Assembly: GCF_006345805.1 (NCBI RefSeq)
Contig: NC_043000.1
Location: 72,230,001 to 72,294,000 of the forward strand
Reading direction: 5' to 3'
Length of the DNA: 64,000 nucleotides
Source: Octopus sinensis
Taxonomy: Eukaryota
Each line of letters starts with the position of its first letter. Positions within the stretch are counted from its first letter, which is position 1. The notes below the pieces were generated by a model that saw only the letters and a program-made list of their open reading frames with translations, was not told the DNA's origin and did not search any database. The position numbers and the translations under genes were made by a program. This document shows, in pieces, positions 55,268-64,000 of the stretch.

Positions 55268-57761
55268 ATTTAGGGAATTTACTTGAATAGTATGCATTTA
55301 TATCAAATTGAAGGAACGAGAACGTCTATTCTGTAATGATGTAAACCAGGATAGGACTTCCTTAGTGTTAGACCATAAATTAACGTCAATTTTTGGAGTA
55401 AATTTAGGTATGATCTTATCTAGGATAGACTTACTAAGCCGGCCGATATCCGATCTAGTGGGGCATATGAGTCCAACGGCAACAACACAAATGAAAATCG
55501 AAATAAAAACAAAAGTTCTTCATACAAACCCCAAACTAATTATAAGAATAAGAAGCGTAGCGTACACAAAGGTAAAAACGGGAATAAATGTGGCGTAACA
55601 TGGTATAACCCACCCCCTTCAATTACATAATAATATTAATATATGTAGAAAATTATTTAGTATACTAAAGCGCAATTTCCCTCCTTCACACAAATATTAC
55701 CGTTTATTCTCCCGCAGAAATGTTAAGGTATCCTACTCAACTCTCCCAAATCTAGGTACAATTATAGCTGGCCTGAATAAAAAGCACATATCCGTGGCCG
55801 GATATTAAGAATAATACTCCTAACAGCACCGCTCTTAATAAAAATTGCAGTAAGAATAACCATGGTAATAATGTTAATATTCGTCGTATTACAACAATCT
55901 CAATCGACACTAATACTGTACACACCAATACGAACAGCGAGCAAGCCCTACTAATTAGTAGATATTATATTGGCATCAGTCAGCCTGCCATACAAGGGAT
56001 AGTAGCAGTAATAACTCTGCCACAACAACTCATGGTAGTAGGAGTACTGATTCTACCAGATTAATCTAACACCATACCACTCCCTACAATCCTAAAACTC
56101 TCTCCGCTAGCTGTAAGGACCACCCATCTACTTCCATTCATGTTGTCAATATGCTCAACGCACAGAACATTAACACTTGTGCTGAAAAATTTTCCGTTAT
56201 ATCGCCCACCCTTGTCTCTCTAGTGTCACTATCTGGAAGCGAAATCTCTTATTACAATGCTCAGTACCAACATTCTGCGACCCTGGGCACGGTAACTAAT
56301 TATAATGGTATTGATATTAGTAATATAAACCCCGGTAACAACCATGCGAACACCAGTAACTCCCGCGAGCTTGAACTATTACACCATAATAACGTAGGAT
56401 CGCGTACCCGTAATAACAAGTTTCATGTCTTAGAAAATATTGGGTGCAATCGTTTAGACACAATGTCAAGTGTGGTGTACAAGTGTAATGTTGTGACGGA
56501 AACCGATACTTATATTTATATCGGTTGCTCCATAAATCTCAAGGAGCGCTTACGTAAACATTATTCTTCATTTAAATTAAGACATGGGGCAGGCAGGAAT
56601 TCTCTAGTCACGAAGATTTTGGAGCTTAAGGATGACAATGTTAAATTTGATTTGAGTTGGGACATCATTAGGGTCGCTAAAGTGCACTCGAACAACAGAT
56701 ACGGGTGCAGGCTTTGCTGCATGGAGCTGTTTGAAATTCTAATAAATAACCAATGAGACCGTCGTCTTTCCTGTATACATAAGGCTACCCGCACCTTTAA
56801 ATATTTTAAGAACACTAAACAACTTCTATAATAGCTCCTAACCCAGGACCAGTCAAATTTTATTCCCACTATTATTGATTCAAAAGTCGATTGACCTGCT
56901 TAATTGTTTTAAGTCCTACTTTCGTTCTCTACCTTACTTCCTAACCACTCTTATTATACTTGTATGGTATGCTATATTGAAGGAACTAACCATTCTATCT
57001 GTGGTGAACTCAGTATTATGCAATAGCGATAGCAAACTAGAAGTAGCAGCTGCACATCCTTGCCAGTTCTACTAAGATACCAAGATACAGTTATTTGTAT
57101 TGCGCTTGTTAAATAATTGATGGAACACACTCTCCAAACATCTTAGCCACGATTGTTGTCCGGAGTTGTATGGCCTCATTTGCACAGTGGTGATTATACT
57201 ATCTAATTAAATAATATCAACGTCACCTATATAACATTCGATGTCATTAATCATTAGACTACTTTCTACTGCTGACTTTCTCAGATATCCCATTTAATTT
57301 TTTTCTCTAACGCCGTTGGGTTATTATATAACGCCACATTTCTTTGAATGCCTAAATGATAAGTAGTACTCTACTATTACTCCCAGGGTTTTCCTCTCCA
57401 AGCAAACATGTCCTAATATTATAAGTGGTCCTCACTAACCCACATAACATATTCGTATCTAAAACAACACCCTATAACTTTCCACTTTACCAGATAAATC
57501 ATAAAACCTTATTAGTCGATTGCCTTCGTACCTTCCCCCAACTTTCAACCTTTATCCACAGAATACTTCTAAATTCTGTGTATCTCCACCCGCCTCCCTT
57601 TCTTCTTTAGCCTTAGCTAGCGAACCCTAAACTCCGACCCTATGTCTATGCATTTATTTTTCTTTACTAGGTCTTCTATTAAAAAATGAGTAAGAAACAG
57701 CTGTAATGAACTGACAATTATCCATCGTCTGTCAGTATTAATTTAATTATATATATATATA

Positions 57762-60700
57762 CTAGCAGAATTGCCCGGCGTTGCTCGGGGCTGAATTGCT
57801 TGAAAGTACTGTTAATGATTGCACTGAATTATGATGATTATTCAGGCAAATATTGATATAAGTTTACGGCGAATGAATGTATTTGTAAGTGTATAGAAAG
57901 CCGTGTAAAGGTGTTCCTACCCCCTCGTAGAATGGTGTAAGAATTGAATGCGAGGTTGCCTTGAAAAGAGCCATGTTATTGTTCTCATAATTGTAAGAAT
58001 TTGATAGTCGTGGAAGGTGATGTAGAACGTTCGCAGGTGAATAGGGTCTCTTCGTTTTGCACGAACGGCAGCGGATGTGCTGTTACAAAACTTGATGCTG
58101 TGTTAAAAGAGAGTGGATTTCATATGTAGCAAGAGAGGAATGAAGCATGGGTAAGTAAATATGTGTAATTTATAAAATATAGAACAATAGCATCTACTCA
58201 CCATATGTCAGACCGGCAAGACTGTAGTGGTGCTGATTAGGTGAATCACAATACAATGGTGGAGATGTTTTCATTGATGGGCGTTTTGATTAAATTTGTT
58301 GTTGTATAAAATGATCTGTTGATTAGTTTCGAAAGTGTATGTTGCGATCGTGTTGTCGCTCATGTAAACTTTAACAGTGAGAGTGTAGATGTAGGGGGTA
58401 GATGTGTCATGTACGTTGGATATAGAAGATGAGGCTGGTGGTTTGATGATGAATGGATAGAAATAGAGTTGAGCGAAGGACAGGTGTTGGTTAAGTGTGA
58501 GTTAATGTTATGAAACGCCTAGAAATGTAAATGCCGTCATAAAAGAGAGTCGTATGTAAGAGAAATACTAACGTGTTTGAAAATGATGAAACGTAGTAAT
58601 CCTATAAAACCTCCTTGTACACAATGTTTTTTGTTTTTCGTTGTGGAAGGAATGCGAAAGCATCACTGTTGCTGCCGACACGCGAGCAGCCAACGTAAAG
58701 CTGACCATGAGAGAAACATGGCTCTCCCAAATGTATTCCTGCCACAGACAGTGTTTAATCCTGCACTTTGTTAATTGACATTGCGAAACATGACCTTACT
58801 GGGAACTGGGACCTCTGAAATATGAAAGATAGGTCTGCTCCTGATGGGAAAAGATGCATCCTAGGTATGAGCACAACGTTGCCTCGACCGCACCCTGTGA
58901 TAATGGTGGCCTCAATCAGATTGGGAGATAAGGACTTAACGATCAAACGTGTGCCATTACATTGTTTTGGGGAACCAAATTTCTAATGAGCATTATAGGG
59001 GCACCAACTTTAAGTTTGAGAATGTGTGGTGGTAGTCCGGGGGGGGGGGCTCAAAGGAATTGAGTACCTCTATTGGATAATTGATGACGTCGTCTGGGTC
59101 AGGAGTTGTATCGATAGACTTATATACATAGACATCCCCAGGAATGAGTTTTAGCATTTCATCATTAATATGGTGAACAGTTTTATTCCTCGGGGCCAGA
59201 ATAGCCCTTTGGCCAATCCAATCCATATTCTGATAATTAGCTTGTAGATCTGGGAATACTGCATCTCTGAGATCAGAAGGCGTGTTAACAATGGTACAAA
59301 TGGAATTGATGGCAATATTACCATTTTCATCCCCTGGTATTTTGCCTTCGCCAAGTGCAAGGAGGGTGTGAGAAAATGCTGCTGATGTGATATCACGTTG
59401 CATATGAGCACGCATATTGGTGTGAAGTTTGAGAGTCTTCACCAGTGGCCACAATGTGGATGACTTAAGACACGCACTTACAGCATCAGCTCTAGTCCCT
59501 TTGGGAATAACGGGAAGTGTTTGTCGGAAGTCCCCTGAAAGAAGAAGTGTTATGCCTCCCATGAGAGCTGAAGAGTGTTTGATGTCTCTGAGAGATCTAT
59601 CTAGTGCCTCAAGAGCACCTCTGTGGGCCATCGTGCATTCATCCCAAACGATAAGCTTGCATCGTCTGAAGACTTCTGCCTGATCGGAGCTGTTACTGAT
59701 GTTGCAAGTTGGTGTCTCAGTCTTCGCTAAGTCAAGTGGGAGTTTGAAAGTAGAGTGAGCTGTCCTGCCACCTGGCAACAAAGTAGCCGCAATTCCAGAT
59801 GATGCCACAGCTAGGGCAATGCCTTGTGTTCGCCTAATCTCAGCCAATATTAATTTGTTGACAAAAGTTTTCCCAGTGCCCCCAGGAGCGTCCAGGAAAA
59901 AAATGTCCCCAGCTTTGGCCCGGACTGAATTAACAACGGAGTTGTAAGCGAACTTCTGTTCTGGAATGAGCTTTGGCTCATTGTCGGCTATGTACTCGGC
60001 AAGCTCGTCAACATTAAAACATGTCTCACGCAGCAAATGTGAAGACAGAGTGTTTGTGAAGACAGAGTGTTTGTTGAAGGTAGGCCATAGACCGGCAAGG
60101 CACTACCGCCCATATCGAGTACAGTATCTTCGATTTCAAGCAGCGCCCTGTTGTAAATGAGGTCAGTGTACCCCACCTCCATTGATGGATGTAGCGATTG
60201 AGCGTGACGTAGGAAATCTTCAGACATATCATCTTTGTAGGTAAACCATAAAGAGGCGGGATTAGCCAAGTCACACCATAGTAATAGAATAGCGAAAAGC
60301 GATCTGATTTTTTTAGGAGATTTTAATGAAACACCTTCTGCCATAGTGGCGCCCCATTGTGAATCATCCTCCAAAAGTCGACGCCGAAAACAGGCTTCAC
60401 GGAAAGTATCACATAATACACCATCAACAGTTCTGATGTCTTGAAAACTTTGTGGGCCTAAAACCTCATGGAGGAGAAGGCGCAGGTGAAAACAGTCATG
60501 TTGGTTTGGAGGTACAGTGTAGACTCTTCCTAGACAACTGTTAAACTTGACACCAGGATGTCCTTCAACATCCTGACCCGACTTCCTACGCACCCAATTG
60601 TTGTTTGACCACACGTAGTAGGACGGGACCTGAGGGTATAAAAGTGTTTTAGCAAATGTGCCAAGTTGGCAAAGCCTAAAGAAACCGGTCAAAGTTGTTT

Positions 60701-62648
60701 GTTTTGGATTTGCCGCCAAATCAGCTGCAGTCTGTTCAGTAAAGTAAGTTCGTTGGCCATTTTCCAAATGAACCGCTAGTTGTATGATGGCGGGGTGCCT
60801 TTGGTGAAGTGGAAACCCGAATATCCGCCAAAAAGCTTCACCACTGCTTATGTACCGACCTGCCATGTACTGTGACACCTCGTCCATGCTATTGTCCTTT
60901 TGAAGGCCAAACATGGCAGCGTCAGAACCCTTGTTAACATATTTACATATATACTTTATAGACTTGACTGAATGACAGAACTCCACATTTATGTGAGCGT
61001 TAAAAGTTTTCATCAGAAATGGACAGTACGGCACTACCCACCTATTATCCACTTGATGACCCCGTAACGTTATAGTGAATCCACCATTGTCAGGGTGCCT
61101 TCTTCTGTACAGTGGGTATCCGTCGCGGCCGGTCTGGGTCTCGTCCACGAACCTCTTTGGGTACCGTTTAGTGCACACGTGGTCTTTGTGGCATGAGGAG
61201 AACTTTTGAAAACCAGGAGCGCACGGACCGTGTACCATGTGTGCCTTCACAATGTCGTACAGCTGCCGGTTAACAGTTGGCTCCGGAATTTCTGCTGCAA
61301 TGAGATCATCAAGAACTGTTGGGTCTATTTTGTTGACCAACCAAAGCAAAATGTGCGCGTGTGGCAACCCTCTTTTCTGCCACTCAACAGTATACATGTG
61401 GCAGTTAACAGGCCGAAAAACCTGTTTTTTTTTATTAAAAGAATGAGCTTAGCCAGTTTCTGCCTGAAAACCCTTGCAATAATATCATGGCGATGATAGT
61501 ACTGCTGCCCTGGGAAAAGTTCTCGCGTTACCTCAACCCACTTTGGGTTACATGTAAAGGTAATGAATAAATCGGGTCGCCCATAATGCCGAACGTAAGT
61601 AATAGCGTCTTGTGTTCGCTCGTGCATGTACCGTGGGCCCCCTATATAGGTTGAGGGGAGAATGCACATTTTGCCGATATTGCGGGCGTCAGTGTCATTC
61701 TTGGTGAATGAAATGTGGAAAATTGTAAACCGTGGAAGGAAAAGAAATAAATATTAGCAGCTGAAAGAAATTTTTTATGCAAGTATAGCGACAGAGTGTG
61801 TAAAATGTATAGAAATTTGAATTAAAAGCCAGAAAAGAAAGTTAGATTTGCAAGAAAGGAAGTAGTTTACGTACATGTTCGAAATGTGAAGTGCTGTTTA
61901 ATCAAATATTTGCGTAAAGTGTATAGAAACGTAACTTGAAAAAGATAATGAATTGAAATTTTTAAGAAAGGAATTTGTTTACATACATGTGTGAAATGGC
62001 AAATGTTTGTGCAGTTGTCCGAAATGGAACCAGGGTAAATGTGTGGAACTGATGTATTATAATGAATAGTCCTTCTTGAACTGAAAACCAGTGGTGTAGC
62101 ATATAAGAGCATAAGAGATCTTCTTCTAGCCAAAATGGATGACCAGTCTGAATGGCTCACCCCTGTCACACACACACACACACACACACACAACACACAC
62201 ACACACACACACACTCACACAGACACACACACACACACCACTCACACAGACACGCACACACACACACACACACACACGTTAGCTTACAATGTCTGTCAAC
62301 AATTGACACTGTCGTATATATTAGCGTATCTATGTGTCTAAAGAGGAAGTGGGAGTAATAGGCAGAGTAAAGGCTTCAAAGTAAAAGAGTTAAATGTTAA
62401 AATATTGAGTTTTCTCGAATTTTGTCTTAAGTGGGGGTGAAATTGAAAGAAATTTTGTATGGCATGACCGAATGGAAGTACTTGTAAAAATCATAGGTAA
62501 ACTGTAATTGAAGAAGTTGTGTGAGGAGTAAATCGTTATGTATTTATTTGTTTCTGTTTGCTGTTTTTTTTTGAGTAGTGTTGTAAGGTACACTTGCAAA
62601 GAGAAAGTAGTAGAAATTAGGGTGATAGCATGAGTGAAGCAGTTCGCT

Positions 62649-62685
<37 letters not shown>

Positions 62686-62904
62686 AGCACACACTAAGAA
62701 AAGCACTTCACTTACACACCACAATGCGAGTTTTCTCAAAATGTTGCTTAATTGGTGGTGAAATTTGAAAAACTGTACCTGGCACGACCCGATGTATTCT
62801 ACTCTTAATAATGCTAGGTAAATTGTAATTGAAGAAATCCTATATTGTAGATTTCTATAAGAGACAAAGGGAGGCAGATAAAATCTGCCTTTTATAATAA
62901 GAGA
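57762..62904 (-). mobile_element. Near full-length Helitron with disrupted RepHel
   Basis: Rep motifs PDLFITFTCNP, VEWQKRGLPHAHILLW and KYICKYVNKG. Helicase motifs LDAPGGTGKT, VWDECTM, GDFRQTLPV and FAMSINK. 5' TC at 62904, 3' hairpin plus CTAG at 57762, both ends in (TA)n. Confidence 0.93.
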
Positions 62905-63479
62905 TATATATATATATAACAATAATGGAGGATAAAACTTTAAAAAAAAATTATCAGCATATAAAAGGAAACCGAATAAGCTGAAATTATATGTATAATT
63001 ATAAGGGCTCCGAAAGAAATTTTTTAGCCTATATGCTGGAAAATAGACGCTAAATCGTTTCACCACTCAAAGAATTCACAAACACATGTGCTGAATTTGA
63101 CGCAACAAGCCAACGGAAATTATTAATAAAATAGATAGCCCTGTATCAGCTAATTTCTGGATCTGCCCAATGGATCTTCCGTCTTCAGCAGGACATGCTT
63201 AAGAAATAAAAAAAATATTTATTTATACTTACAGGAAAGCAAAACCCCAAATACATATAAAAACTCCAGATACCTTAGGAATGAATTTCGTAGCTTGCCT
63301 CAACAATATGTCTATTCGGTCGCCATAGCAGTTAGGTAGCTATGCTGTCCCGAAGTGAAGAAATTTTTCAATTACAATAATAGGGGATAAAACTTTTTAA
63401 AAAAGTTTGTGACTTCTTTGAGTGGTGAGACATATAGACTAGAAAATTTCTTTTTAAGTCCTTATTATAATTATACATA

Positions 63480-63597
63480 TAATTGTATGTGTGTATATAT
63501 ACATATATATATACATACATATATATATATATACATACATATATATATATACATATATATATATACTATATATATATATATATAGATATATATATAC

Positions 63598-63648
<51 letters not shown>

Positions 63649-63649
63649 C

Positions 63650-63684
<35 letters not shown>

Positions 63685-63869
63685 ATATATATATATATAT
63701 ATTATATATATATATATATTATATACATATATATATAGATATATATATATATATATATATAATATATAATATATATATATACATATATACATATATATAC
63801 ATATACAATATATATATATATATATATATACATATATTATATATATATATATAATACATATATATATAT

Positions 63870-63914
<45 letters not shown>

Positions 63915-63924
63915 ATATATATAT

Positions 63925-63966
<42 letters not shown>

Positions 63967-63993
63967 TATATACATATATATATATATATCATA
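63480..63993. repeat. Long (TA)n-type microsatellite
   Basis: About 500 bp of TA/TACA repeats, one of dozens of such tracts in the window. Confidence 0.95.
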
Positions 63994-64000
63994 TAATTAA

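Larger units (their letters stand above)
52740..57740 (+). mobile_element. Degraded Penelope element (RT tail, linker, GIY-YIG) with nested insertions
   Basis: NLKSGLYYPYRK...SKFSNHP near 53160, VTWYNPP...RNVKVSYSTLPNL near 55600-55760, and SSVVYKCNV...YIYIGCS...CRLCCME in ORF 56151-56756. HHR 3' half GAAAC-AGCT-GTA at 57694. Confidence 0.85.

Noticed and set aside
63040-63195. Minus-strand CTGAAGA...GAAACGATTTAGCGTC hammerhead candidate
   Set aside because: No convincing stem I, and closure of stem II is unclear.

Overview
AT-rich, microsatellite-saturated animal genomic DNA. The SINE families and (TA)n/(CA)n density resemble octopus or another coleoid cephalopod (inference). One host gene is visible on +: a multi-VWA-domain extracellular-matrix protein (matrilin/collagen VI-like) with four phase-consistent exons, including a 25-nt microexon. 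Its very long introns are filled with mobile DNA: Helitrons (one near full length), Tc1 and mariner elements, hAT and other MITEs, a piggyBac remnant, LINE fragments, tRNA-derived SINEs, a 5S-derived copy and several Penelope-like elements (PLEs). The most striking unannotated signal is a dense set of about a dozen complete or near-complete type I hammerhead ribozyme (HHR) motifs plus several half motifs. They come from several unrelated short repeat families, usually have a palindromic stem III, and sit beside (TA)n tracts in inverted or tandem arrangements. They include a compensatory G3-C8 core variant, fold-back palindromes centred on stem II, and a unit joining a tRNA-like Pol III head to an HHR. 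Most short ORFs in the track are microsatellite artefacts. All folding and alignment was done by eye.
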